From NCBI GenBank assembly GCA_001643675.2, contig LSRY02000004.1, positions 310,001 to 374,000 of the forward strand: a DNA stretch of 64,000 bases, written 5' to 3'. Position 1 is the stretch's first letter, and every line of letters begins with the position of its first letter. The notes below the pieces were generated by a model, which saw only the letters and a list, made by a program, of their open reading frames with translations, was not told where the DNA came from and searched no databases. This DNA comes from Monocercomonoides exilis PA203. Taxonomy: Eukaryota; Protista; Preaxostyla. The translations under genes were made by a program, and so were the position numbers. Shown here piece after piece: positions 41,323 through 53,754 of the stretch.

Positions 41323-41772
41323 CAGTCAAAACCGGATATAATCACGTCGAATATAATCACATTCGTTTATAGTCACATTTTTCCATGCACTGACATTTTT
41401 GGCCTATTTTTCATTCATTTTCCATCGCATACAATCACAGGGCAGAAAATATATAATCACAATTTTTTTCATTAAGGGTGCTTTTTTCAATGAAAAATCT
41501 ATTTTTTGATCAAAAATTTCAAAATTTCGCTTTTTCAAAAATGTGCTCAAATAAGTCAAAATGATGTGTATTCATGATCAAAATAGATTAAGCAAATGAA
41601 AAAAGTGTATTTGTTAAGAATTTCCAAAAATAAAAAATTCGACCCAAAATTAATTATTTCAAAAATTAATTTTTAATTTTTTCTGTGTAAAGCATCATCG
41701 TGTATAATCACAATCGGATATAGTCACAAAAAGTTGTGCAAAAACCGATGTGATAATATCCGGTTTAGACTG
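41323..41772. mobile_element. pogo/Tigger-like MITE D, copy 2 (450 bp, inverted relative to copy 1)
   Basis: TA|CAGTCAAAACCGGATATAATCAC ... GTGATAATATCCGGTTTAGACTG|TA. The interior is a diverged reverse complement of copy 1. Confidence 0.9.
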
Positions 41773-43176
41773 TATATATATTAATTTGAATGTGCAGCTC
41801 AGATAAATGAAATATACACAAAAATCAATCAGTTTTTTCATTCTGAAAACTTTCTGTCTCTGTTGTTCCTTATTTCAAAGTTCAAACTCAAAAAGCTATT
41901 GTCTTCGAAATAAAAGAAAGAATGATTTATTGGATTCAACATTTCATTTAATAACTGTTTCACACCAGCTGAATATTTTGTATTTTGAATATCTTTCATT
42001 TTGGCAAAAGCATGGCATTCAGAAAGATTCAAAATTTATTTTCAAAATCAAAATGAGAGAAATCTTGAAAGAAAGAAAACGATATTTATAGAAAATATTT
42101 ATCAACAGATGTAAGCAGTTGTTGTCACTCAGTTTTTGAATGTGTTTGTGTTTTCATCCAATATATTCTGAAAAATATAGAAAATAATTTGATCATTTAC
42201 ATAAATAAATATCAATCAATGAAAATTTTGCAAAATAAGTTTTATATGTTTATGATGAAGTTGAATGTTGTTTAAAAAGAAAAATAAAACCAATCGTGAA
42301 TGATTGTATTGTCGTTTTGAGCAAAAACTGAAATTTTTGAATTCCAAAATTGTGTATTTCAACAAAAATTAGATAAAACTGAAATCAAATGGTAACAATT
42401 GTTTGTTGAACTTTTGTCTTTATGTTTGGATTCATTATTTTTGGAAAACGAATCGTTTTCCAATTCCAAGAAAAATGATCATTATTTTTTGTAACACTTC
42501 AAAAAAATGCTATAAAAGCGAAATACACAACATAATATTTTATGTTGATGCGTTTTTGGCTTCGACAAGAAAAAAATGTTTTTTTGATAAATGCAAGACT
42601 TTCAGGCCACAATTGAAAAAACTGGCTTTTCTTAAAAACACTGCCTTTTATTTAAAATTGCTGGGGAATCTTGAAATAAACAGTTTATTTTGTAATATTT
42701 TTTTATTTCACAATTTATCTATTGTTTCATATATAATTGCTTTCCGAATCCAAAATCAAAAAAAGTTAACAATGTCCACATATGGGTTTAGAGAAAACGA
42801 AAATTAAATGAAGTGTAAAGAGTATAAAGGAGATTCTTTTTGTTCGCTTATCAAATGGAAGCTCAAAATTTAAAAAATTTAAGAACTGAATTGCGTGACT
42901 GTTTGAACAAGTACAGTGAAATGAAATAAAACAAACTCAGAAAACTATAAAAGCGTAAAAGAATGAATGACAGAAAGCTCCAAAACAAATTTCATAAAAG
43001 AGAAAAAGATAAAAAAAATTGTGAATTTGGTGAGCACTCAAAGAAAATAAAAATTATTCAGAAAACTTTTAGAAGAAACCGTCAAAATAATAATTGTATT
43101 TGAAACAGTTTATTTGCACAGCGAAGATGAAATAAATCCAGTACTCTACTAACAAAACATATGCATTGAGTCCCCT

Positions 43177-44296
43177 TTAAAAGGACTTTGCAGGAGGTGT
43201 ATCTTTCTTTTCACCAGCATAATAACCCATTCCAAAGTTACCAGATATAACCATGGCAATCAACACACCAAGAAGAAGAACTATAAGCACATACAAGCAG
43301 CATGTTCCTTTGTTCTTCTTAATTAAAACATCTATCCGATTGTTCTAAGTACATTTTTCATACAAAGTTGCAATTAAAATCAAAAGAAGAAAACAAATTC
43401 ATATGTTATCATATATTTTCATAAAATATAAATTAATTGTTGAGTAATTTATTTGTTTGAATAAATAGAAAAGTAAACGTTATTTAATGTTGAATAAAAA
43501 AAGTTCATACTGCTGCCCTTACACGATGATCTGCATGATCCATTTTTTGTCCAACTCTTTCAATAAGAGGATCCTGCAAGTCTATAGTCATTTATCAATT
43601 CATAATAAAAATTTAAGAGTAGTTGTTATATCAAGTTAATCACAAAAAATTCACAAAAATTGAATCAAACCAAGTTCATCTCCAATTGCAAGTGCCTTTT
43701 GTTTTTCCACCTGAAGCCCATCGTGAATTTTGTCAAGCATTTGATCCTGCTCTAAAATTGTCCATGCTAAAAATGCAAAATAACAAAAAATTTCAAACGA
43801 TCAATTCTGGATTCAAATGTTTGAGCAAGTTCTCCGCTAGTCATTGCACGAGTTTCTTCTGTTTCTCCTCGAACTTTTTCTTTTGCACCAGATAATAATT
43901 GATCTCTAAAAATTTTCAAATAAAAAAAAAAACTGAAATTGAAATAAATATTTATGGATACCTTCCCTCTCCAATGATCTCTGCTTCAGTCATTTTAGAT
44001 CTTTTTTCAGTGTCCTCAAGTCCAAGACGAAGCTTTTCCAATTTCGAAGAGTAAAGTTGAACTTCTTTTGGTTGAATGATTCCACGAGCAAGTTTGTCCA
44101 ATGAAGCCGATAAATTCTGCATTTGCTTTCGAATACCTTGGAGAGATGCAATATTTCTATTGTGCATCGTTGCGAACATTTGTCGATTCTGTCCACCTCG
44201 AATACCAACAATTCGCTCGTTAACCTGTCTTGTTGTTGTCTGTAAATTCTTCATAGCTCCTTCGTATGCTATATTCCATTCTTCTGGTGTACTCAT
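43177..44296 (-). CDS. Qc-SNARE, syntaxin-8/SYP5-like, 5 exons
   Basis: Helical N-terminus, then RDQLLSG...ETEETRAMTSGEL. SNARE motif QQDQMLDKIHDGLQVEKQKALAIGDELDLQDPLIERVGQKMDHADHRV. C-terminal TM CCLYVLIVLLLGVLIAMVI. TAA at 43177-79. Confidence 0.85.
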
Positions 44297-44396
44297 TGTA
44301 ATTTTGTGAAAGATATAACAAATCTACAAAAATGGAGATCGAAAAAGGTTTATTTAAGGGCATTATGATCTTCATTTGTGAATTGGGGAATGAATA

Positions 44397-46674
44397 ATGT
44401 CTGAGGGAAAATTGAACTATTCTCCAATGGGATGGATAACGCATGCTCCATTGAAACATCCAACAACTGAAATTCCAGTATTTTCATATTTGCTTATTTT
44501 TGATTTTTTGTCATATTTCTTTTTTAACTCTTCAAATAAAATTCTAAGGCTCAAATTGTGAATGAACATTATGCTGGATTAGCCGTGTATGTATATGTTC
44601 CAAAGGAAATTTGCTCTACAAGCATTCAAATTCATCCACAGCCACGTTCTTTTCCTGGAATGTCATTCATTGCATATATCGAAGTAAAAATTCCAAAACC
44701 ATCTTCAGTTGAATCAGTATAAATCAATCATACATTTAAATTATTTTTAACGCCAAATTGGATGTACATATTTATTTTTTTGAGGCTATTTCTATAATTA
44801 TCTTAAATTATAATGCAAGATGTCCAACGTACCCTCTTCCAACTTCTGCCTCACTCTATTCCATTTTCACTCTTGTGCAAACATCAACAAAAAAAGTTAT
44901 GGAGGATTTGAAGCCTTCATTTCAGCTTCTTACAAAAACAAATACTGTGTATCTTGTACCAAAACGAGACACTCAAGTTATCAGACCAAAAAGTATTGTC
45001 ATTTATGCTTTGTTCACTTTTATTTCATTTGATATTGTTATTATAACTTGCGAAGTAAATTATGTAATACGAGGTAATTCATTGCAACATCGAGTGTATT
45101 ATGTATTTCGAGCACCAGTTGGTATGCCAGCTCCACCAGCTGCTCATTCTATGTCTACAGTGCTAAATGGAAGCACAAATTCGATAAGCAACGCCTCTGC
45201 TGTTTTTCCGGAAGCGGCACCTAGTCTTTATCGAACGGGTGGCTCATTTTCTTCTGCGACTGGAGGAAGTTCTTATAAACCATCAACAGCCGAAACTCTT
45301 TCAGCATCATTTCGCTCAGACAACATATCTTCTGCGAACGATGATGACGATGCATCTGTTGCTGCGATACCACTTTATGATACAGGGCAATTCATTGACA
45401 GCGAAGGGAAGAAGATGTGCGTTACGATTCGAGGAAGCCCCGATATGTTTGTCGGGTTTGTGATTATAACTGCATTTTATATTTCATTAAATACATACTA
45501 AAAATTTGAACATAAACATAACATGCTTTGCCTCCTCTATTTTCAATTCTAACTCTTGTTCTTATTCTTTTCTTTTTCTCTTATTCTCGTCTTTGTTCTT
45601 TATTTTCAATCCATCATCTTAACGTGCTTTTTTCATCAACTCAGCATGCTAATGCGACTTGCCTGTGAAATGATGGATGTGCCTGCACAGAAGCACACAA
45701 TGCGCCTCTTCACGCACCCAGACCACGACATCGACCTCTTCAGCACGCTCCACCAGATCAACCGCCGCCGCTTTATTTTGGCTCCAAAGGAAGGGAAACC
45801 TGACATGCTTTATTTTCTGGCGCTTCTCTCTTCTCTGCATGCACCTCCAGTTGACTCGTTTGGCCCTTCTACTTCGTCTGCATCAGCTGTTGGTGGGTCG
45901 GCTGGAGCTGGTGTTGGCGTCGGAGTGGGGATGGGTGTGGGAGGAGGTGCGACATCAGGAGCAGAGGGATTGAGTGTGGCACATCAAGTGGCCATGCAGA
46001 GGCTGCAGGAGACGTATGAAGACGATGCAGATGAGCTGTTTCTTGACGAAGAGTTGGATGACATTGCATTAATTGATAATTCAACTGTTGAAGGTTCGTC
46101 AGCAATATTTCCTGAAGGAAGAGGGTGGAAAGATAGAGACAAGGAAAAAGAGAAGAGAAAGAAAAGAGGAAGAGAGAAAGAAAAAGGAGAAGGAAAAGGA
46201 GGAGAAGATGATGAGAAAGATAACACAGGAGGCGGAGGCTATGGAGAGGAGAAGGAAGGAGGAGTGTCAGTGGCGTCATCTCAAAGCAACAGCACGTGGG
46301 ATGATGGACTGGGAATTGGCGGAGGGCTGTTTGGAGGAGGGATGGGGATGATGAGCGATTCTGTTGACATCATCGAGGACGATGGAGAAGACGAGTGGCT
46401 GACATGGGCTGCAGATGAGGTGTGCGATGATGACGAAGACGAAGAAGAGCAGGATGAAGATGATGCAGAGGAGGAGATCCAGGACGAGCCTGAGGCACCA
46501 CAGGGCGGTGCAGCGCTTGCAGATGCAGGGGGAAGAGAGAAGATGGCACAGCAGGAAACAGGAGGAGAAACGAGTGATGATGAGTATGAGTATGTGACAG
46601 ATGACGATGATTACGATTCAGATGAATACGAAGAGGTTGATGATTACATACAGGATGCAATGCCTCGGAAATGA
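44397..46674 (+). CDS. Multi-exon protein with candidate SIN1/Avo1-like CRIM and RBD-like domains and an acidic tail
   Basis: In-phase GT-AG exon chain from ATG 44397. LAVYVYVP...EVKIPKPSSVESAISIIILNY...PLPTSASLYSI resembles CRIM, and HTMRLFTHPDHDIDLFSTLHQINRRRFILAPK resembles the end of the SIN1 RBD. The gene is well supported; its identity is tentative. Confidence 0.5.
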
Positions 46675-47386
46675 GAAGGGAAGAACAAACTTCTCCACCC
46701 TTGTATTATTATGTAATATGTCTGCTCTATCTTGTTTAATTCGCTTTTTGGAAAATAGCTTTCACTTCACTCCACTTCACTCATTTCACCCCATTTCAAT
46801 GTGTATATGCTTTTTTGTTTATTTTTAACGATAGAAAAAAGAAGAATCGAAATCAAAAATTTGTAAAGTTGAATTCGTTCTTCTGAGAGAAGAACAAATG
46901 AAAACCTCCATGTTAATGAAGACTGATAAACGAAGCAAACGCAATGCATTGCTCCATTTGCCACAAAAAATACAGAATAAAAAAATCGACTAGTCTGATC
47001 AAATGAAGCGAAAGAAAAACATAACATAAACCATCTGAATAAAATGAAATGCCAATTGAAGTGAAAAAAAGGAACGTTTGCACATTCAAAAAGTGCTGAA
47101 AGAAACAGAATGTTTGAAACAGAAAACAGGAAAAAAAAAATAATTAGTTGTTTACTACGAACAGCTGACGACAAGCACAAACATAATTGCTTGGAAGAAG
47201 AAGAAGAAGGAGGAGGAGGAGGAGGAAGAAGAAGCATCAAGAAATGAAGACAAAAAAAGAAGCAAGTCAATAAACATGCAATTTTTTAATATCAGATTTC
47301 TAGAGAGAAACAAAGAACACTCATTTTCCTTCTTCATTTCAGATTCATTTTTGAAATGAACAAAAATTTCTGCACTTGCTTTTCCA

Positions 47387-48641
47387 TCAACTGTCATTTT
47401 GCTCCTTTTTCGCTTTCTTCTTTTGATTCTTCTTTTTCGCAGCCACAATCGCCATCATCCTCTTCTGCCACTCACTCATCGTCCTCTCCATTTCTGTCTG
47501 CCATTGCGCATTCATCGCAGCAAGCTCAGCTGCACCCGGCTGCCCTGCTGTATGTGCAACACCAACTGCTTGAGACACTTCCTGTGTTGAAAGTGGCATT
47601 GCAACAGCAGAAGAAGACTGACTTGTTGAGGATTGTAATGCTGAAGTGGATGCTTGTTGTAAAGAAGTGGAGAGGTTTTGTGATCCTTCAGCTCTTTTGT
47701 GCTCCGAATTGTGTCTTGAACTCCTTTGCCTTTCTTTCTTTGCTCTTTTGCTTAACTTCTTCTTTTCTTTCTTCGCTTTACGAGCAGCAGAATCAGAATC
47801 AGAATCCGAAGAAGAAGAGGAAGATGAACTTGAATGATCCCCTTCCTCTTCCTTTGCTTTATCCTCTTCCTCCTCTTCATCATCATAATCAAACGATGCT
47901 GGACGATAAGCAGATTGACTGCGTGAGGCAGCATCGTGATGATGTTTTGAGGAAGAGACAGTTGTCATTGTCCGCTTCGGTGGCGCTGGCTGCCGTGCAG
48001 AAGGAATTGAGTCTTTTGGCTTAGAGAGGAGAGATTGCATCAGAGATGAAGAGCCCAATGAAGAAGTAGAGGAAGAGGAGGAGGAGGAGGAAGAAGAAGA
48101 TAAAGGAGATGATGTGGATAGCGCCTTGTGAGAGGAAGATGAATGCAATGGCCGTTTTTGCCGAGAGGGCGAATAAGCAGTTGTGTTGTATCGACCAGGC
48201 TTTGTGAGATCGAGTGCTCTTTTGAGGGGCGTTGAGAAGATTTCAGACGAGAAGCTCATCTCTTTCTTTTCCTGCTCTCTCTTCTCCTTCTCAATCTCTT
48301 CCTCAACCAAGTTCTGCTTCTTCGTCTCCTCGTCCTCACTCATCTCTTCTCCCGCACTGCCTTCCTCGTCCTCGTCTTCCTCGTCTTCTCTTTCTCCGTC
48401 TGAAACATCCACCGCCACAGCTCTTCTGCCTGGCACGCTGTCAATCTTCGCAAAGCTGACAATGCCGCTGCTGCCGATCTCGTCTTCGTCTGTCCCAAAA
48501 GGCGCAGGCGGAACAGGCGCACGGCGAGGCAAGTTGAATGACGATGAGATCTGTCTACTGCGGAGAGAACTGCGTGTCATGCCCCCTGTTTCGAGTGGAG
48601 ATTGGAGAGAAGAAGAAGAAGAAGAAGAAGAAGAAGAAGAA

Positions 48642-48673
<32 letters not shown>

Positions 48674-51600
48674 TGATGACATTGATGAGTCTGCAAAGTC
48701 AGCTGGAGAAGAAGAGCTGAACGACTTCGACTGTTCGCGCTGCCTGTTGCTGTGCATCTCGTGTGAAAGCGTTGCTTTCTTCATCAGCTCTTCCAGACTC
48801 TTCTCCCAGTCTGTGTCATGGACGGATCGATGCTCCTCCACAAAGTCCTGTCTCTTCTCCACGCCCATCGTGTGTCTCCTCCTTTCTGCTGCCAGTGCAC
48901 CCTTCCTCTTCTCACTCAGCGTCACATCCACAAGCCCACTGCCTACACTCTCGTCGTACTTCAGACTGGCTGTCAGGTCGCGGTGGTACAGAGACTGCGT
49001 GCGATCCGATTTTTCTTTGCTCTTCTCAGCTTTTTGCTTCCCTTTCTCAATCTCCTTCTGCCATTTCGCCTCTTCCCTCCGCCGGAAGCCGTGCTCCAGC
49101 ACTTTCTTCATCTCCTCGTCTTCCTTCCACCGCACCCGTTGCCTCCGCTCTTCCTCCTCCATCAGCTCATCCAGCTCAGCCTCCATCTGAATCATCTGCT
49201 CTTCAATTGCTTCAATCTCCTTCTGGCTGCTTTCTTTGTTCTCCTGCGTCTCCTCCAACTTCCTCTTCTTCTTCTCCAGTTCGACTTTGCGCCTCCTCAT
49301 CCTCCTCAGCTTCGCTCCTTTTTCCTTCGCCAGCTCAGAATCTGTCCTCGCTGCCCACTCCACAAACCCGCTCTTCAGCAGCTTCTCCTCCTCTTTGTTT
49401 TTCGCCCCGCCGCTGCCCAACAGAAGTTGCATCGGAAGCTGGGAAACACTCTCATTGAGCTCAGCCTCCATCTCTTCCACTTCTTCTGACTCTTCGCCTT
49501 CTCCCTCACCTTCCAGCAGCGCCTTGTCCAGAAGCGTCCTTCTACCTGTCTTTGCTTCTGCTTCGAGTATCTCTTCATCGCCCACCAGGTTAAACATAGA
49601 CTCCTTCTCGTCTTTCTCGTCAAGTGTCTCCAGCGAATAGGCCAGCCCTTTTTCTTTCAGCTGCTCCCGCCGCCGCGCAAGATGCTCTTCTCTTTCTTTC
49701 ACTGCGGCTTCTCCTCGCTCAAACGACACAATCACAAACTCTGCATCGTCGTGCGCTTTCTTCTCAATTAGTGGCTGTGTGAGATCTGTGTGCTCAAGTC
49801 CTTGTGAAGAAGAAGAAGAGGATGATGATGAAGCAGAAGCAGAAGGCATCTGTGAAGGAACAGTGCTTCTTCTTCCTCGCCTCATTCTTGTTTCTCCTTC
49901 CACACCGCCAAGTCCATTTCTGTCTCTTTCAAGCCGCTCAGCATCGTCACTCATCCGAATGCCCCTCTCCATCAACATCTTGTTGTCTTGCGCCTTCTTC
50001 TCCCTTTCGATCTCCTCCAGCTTCCTCTTCGTCTCCTCGTAGATCTTCTGCGTCTTCTTCTGCCTCTTCAGCCACTCCATCTGTCTATCGTATGCATCTC
50101 TTGTCCCAGCCATCTGCGCCTTCTCATCAAATGCATCCATTACCCTTCTCGACTCCCCTCCACCTCCACCTCCTCTCCCTGGCTCCTCCCTCCGTTCGCT
50201 TGCACTTCTCTTCAGCCGCTTCTTGCCTCTGCTCTTGTACGAATCCTCATCATCCCCTTCTTCCTCCTCGTCTTCGTCTTCCTCTTCTTCATCGGCATTG
50301 TCATAATTCACATCGATGTAATCGCTCTCTTCATCCTCATATCCTTCCTCACTCAATCGCATATCGCTCTCATCATCACTTCCCAGCTCGCCATCTGACC
50401 GAACTGTCGATCCAATCGATGGAGAAGGTGACATCCCCATCGGAGTTTCAGAAGGCGAAAGAGAGAGCGAAGGAGAAGGAGATGACTGCATATCGACGTT
50501 ACCACCTCCTTCTCCTTTTTCTTGTTCCGTCCTTTCAGTCTGCTCTTTGCCTGTGTCTGTGTCAAATACACCTTTCTGCTTTGCCATCTTCCGCTCGATT
50601 CTCCTTCTCTCCTTCTCCTTCCTTCTTCTTCTTCTTTCTCTCCGCAGATTTTTCTTCTTCTGCACAATCCGTGTCTCAATATGTGAAAATTCTTTGTCTC
50701 CTGCAAAAAGCGAGTGCTGTCCGTATGCTTCGAATGAAGTCGTGATGTATCCACGCTGCAGGATGGAACGGGCGATGTTGATGGCCAAGAACAGAAAGGC
50801 AGCAATGGTCAGGATGATGAAGATGGGCGTGATGATTGGAGATGCCTTGTAGAGCCGCTTGTGGATCGGGACTACTTCATCGCCCAGCACAAACGCCAAG
50901 TTCTGGTTCATTGCCTTGAACACGTTCTCGTAGTCTGGCTCAGCCTCAGAGTAGATGGCAGTGGAGAACAGGGAGATGGCGAAGAAGACAGGGATGATAC
51001 CAGCCATGAACCCTGTCAGCCAGGGCATCGAGTGCTGGAGCGCCTTGTACAGCTGGGAGACCTTGCGGCCGTACATCACAAAGCGGATGGTGCAGATGCA
51101 CGCGCAGAAGGCAGCAGCACCGTGGACGATGTGCACAGCAAGCGTGTCATCGAGCTCCACACCAGAAATCTGCATCAGGGTGATTGTGGACGAGGCAGCC
51201 ATCAGAAGGATGGAGAGGAAGAAAAAGGGGATCCACTTGGAATAGAACTGGAGACGTGTGGACAATGGGATAGTGTTCCAGTTGATGGGCGGGATCATCG
51301 TTGCACAATCACTTTGGGCTATCTGTGGGTTGACAAATTGAATGGAACACGCAAATAAATTGGAATTGTTTGTTCAAAAAATCAAAATTAAAAAAATAAA
51401 ATTAAAATGAAATTTCGTTTATTTTGAAAAATTATTGAAAAATACCTTGTAAGCCTTATGTGAAGAGATAATTTCTCTTATCAAAAACACTAATGCAACC
51501 ACACAAAATAGTATTTCACAGGCAGCAATATAACCGAAAATCCATTCGTATTTGTCTTTTACCATTTTAAAGAAAAGAGAAATTAAATTCAATGAAAAGT

Positions 51601-52644
51601 TCAGAGAGGCGATTCCCATCAAATGTTTAGAACTATTAAGGAAAAAAATGTGAATGCACACTTTTTGTTGAAATATGATACGTAAGAGAAGGATCAAGCT
51701 TTACTACACCAGAATCCATTTTTGTGTATGTAAAAACAGCATTCCAACGGAGAATCGAAGATCCAGTCCAATAGTCTGTGATTTGAGCATAAAATATAGT
51801 TTTCACTACTACCTCGAAAGTTCTTTTCCAAAGGTCTCGATTTTCATCGTCCGTTAAGTTTGTAAAGAGCCCATATCCTTCAGTTTTTTTGTTATTGATA
51901 TTAACCTCGAATCGTTCTTAAAAATTAAAAAAATTTTAAAAACAAGTGAGCACTTATGTGAATGCACACTTTCTTTAACAACTTCATTTTCTGTATATAA
52001 GTTTTCGGCATATGTATGTTTGATTTTCACAACACGATCAGGATCATCTGATAATAATAAAAAAATATAAAACAAAAATTGAAGTCAAAAAAAAAAAATT
52101 GCTATACATCGCAACACAAAACAATCAATTGAATCGTCAAAGAATTTATCTATCACAGATTCAAACGATTCTTTTGCATCCTCCCAAGATGTGAGAGAAA
52201 CAATCGCGTGTTCTGGAGAAAAAGAAATGGAAATCAATGCGCTTATGAATATTTAATTATAACATCAAATACCATGTACATCGTAATCCTTTCCCATGAA
52301 AAATTTACCAATTGTATATCGTTGAGCAAGAAGAGGAGTTCCCCGAATAACATTTGGTAAAATGACCTAAACATATGTTGCAGAGATTAGAACTCAGAAT
52401 ATTTTATATTAACCAAACCTTAAGAGCACAAAATACGCATAGCATGATCCAAACAAAAAAATGAACCGAAAGGAATTTATCTCTTTCCCATTTTCTCCAA
52501 GGAGCACCAAGATACTCTAATAAGTTGTTTTGTTAATATTTACATTAAAATAATTTGCAAAATTAAATTTGCCACACCTTTATATATTGTTTGATGCGAT
52601 TTATGTTCCGACTCCGCAGGCTGGTGCTTATCAAGTTTGTACAT
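47387..52644 (-). CDS. Mucolipin/TRPML-like cation channel with a ~1100-aa charged low-complexity C-terminal tail
   Basis: N-terminus YKEYLGAPWRKW plus TM1. LSTRLQFYSKW (cf. WERLEFVNGW), IRFV (cf. IRYL), pore LAFVLGDEV (cf. LFSLINGDDM) and S6 FLFLAINIARSILQRGY. Several short 5' exons plus a 3.9-kb last exon. Start codon uncertain. Confidence 0.8.
48609..48662. repeat. (GAA)18 trinucleotide run encoding poly-Ser on the minus strand
   Basis: Seen directly. Confidence 0.9.
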
Positions 52645-52760
52645 AAATCTCTCATGGGATGATCTGATTAATTTTTTTTCTAATTGAAATGATTGGTGAA
52701 ATGTTGAAGTGAAATCAAATTTTAATTTTTATAAATAATGTTTGTAAATTCTTTATTTAT

Positions 52761-53675
52761 TTAACTTTCTTCTTCCCTCATCCTACGCCCTCTTGGGATC
52801 ATTTTATGTTGTTTTGATGAAAGATGTTTCCTTGAAGAAAAGAATATTAGATAAAAAGTGAAGAATTAAAAATAGTTTTAAAATATATGAAAAAAGACGC
52901 ATGCCTTCTTTTTTCTAATAACTTCTTTAGTGAACCTCCCGATTTCTTTACTTGTTCCATTTTATCTTCAAGAGCAAATCTTGATACATCAGCTGAAAAT
53001 CAAAATTTCATTATTGCATTTTGAAAATGGATTGTTAGCAATCAAAAATAACTCGTTAACATTTTACAGTTTGAAGAGAAACACACATTTCTTTAAATAG
53101 AACGGCTTGACTCCTTTTTTAACCAACTCTCGCTGGGTTTTTCTGAATGCTTGAACTTTTCCCCTTATTCTTTGTTGTTTTTCTTTTTGTTCGAGCTGCT
53201 GTTTCTAAAGAAGATTGAGTTTATAAATACAAATTATGATGCCAAACTTGTTTCTGGAGCTGTTGTTTTAATTCTTGCTTCACAGATAAATTTGTACACT
53301 TTTTTAATTTTGTTTCCAGCTCATGAACCTTTTTGAAAATTTATTTGAAACCCAAAGCAACAAATATAAATGAAAAAGATATTCACAATTTGTAAACCTC
53401 TTTACGTCTCATCGAATCTACAAATTTATATGATTTTTGATATAAATCTTCGTTAAATTTTCCACATAATGGATCAAAACGGGGGTCTCGAGAGAGAACA
53501 TTTGTTGTTGGACGTTTCGCCTTTTCGAAAGGATTGAAAGGCTTTTTTGAAGAAACCTCAACGGGCCTGAATTAAAAATTACACATTTAAAAAATGTAAT
53601 TTCAAAACAACGATATAAATCTTACTTATCAGCACTATTTGACTTTTTTCCCATAAGAGAGATCTTGCCCATCAT
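52761..53675 (-). CDS. RRP36: rRNA biogenesis protein RRP36, 6 exons
   Basis: KPVEVSSKKP, RDPRFDPLCGKFN...KSYKFVD..R.KE, KGVKPFYLKK and LEKRRKH. Not represented in the ORF track. Confidence 0.85.
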
Positions 53676-53754
53676 ATTTTTGAATTAATTGAAATTTCTA
53701 AAAATATCATCAAAAAGCAAACGAAAAGTAAAAAAAAATCTATGTGAAGTAACA

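Larger units (their letters stand above)
39990..42030 (-). pseudogene. Third, degenerate copy of the helical-protein family, interrupted by the MITE dimer
   Basis: Remnants LKEMTEIIQFR*ENLNLIKLACQSAW and IVNELHFAGEATRELEELMKRVDWKR at 40470-40670. An N-terminal-like remnant lies at ~41830-41890, on the other side of the MITEs. Boundaries are approximate. Confidence 0.7.

Noticed and set aside
48183-51358. Long plus-strand ORFs and poly-K/E/L/F ORFs here, and in alternative frames at 17-20 kb and 57-60 kb
   Set aside because: They are alternative-frame or antisense readings of trinucleotide-rich coding exons.
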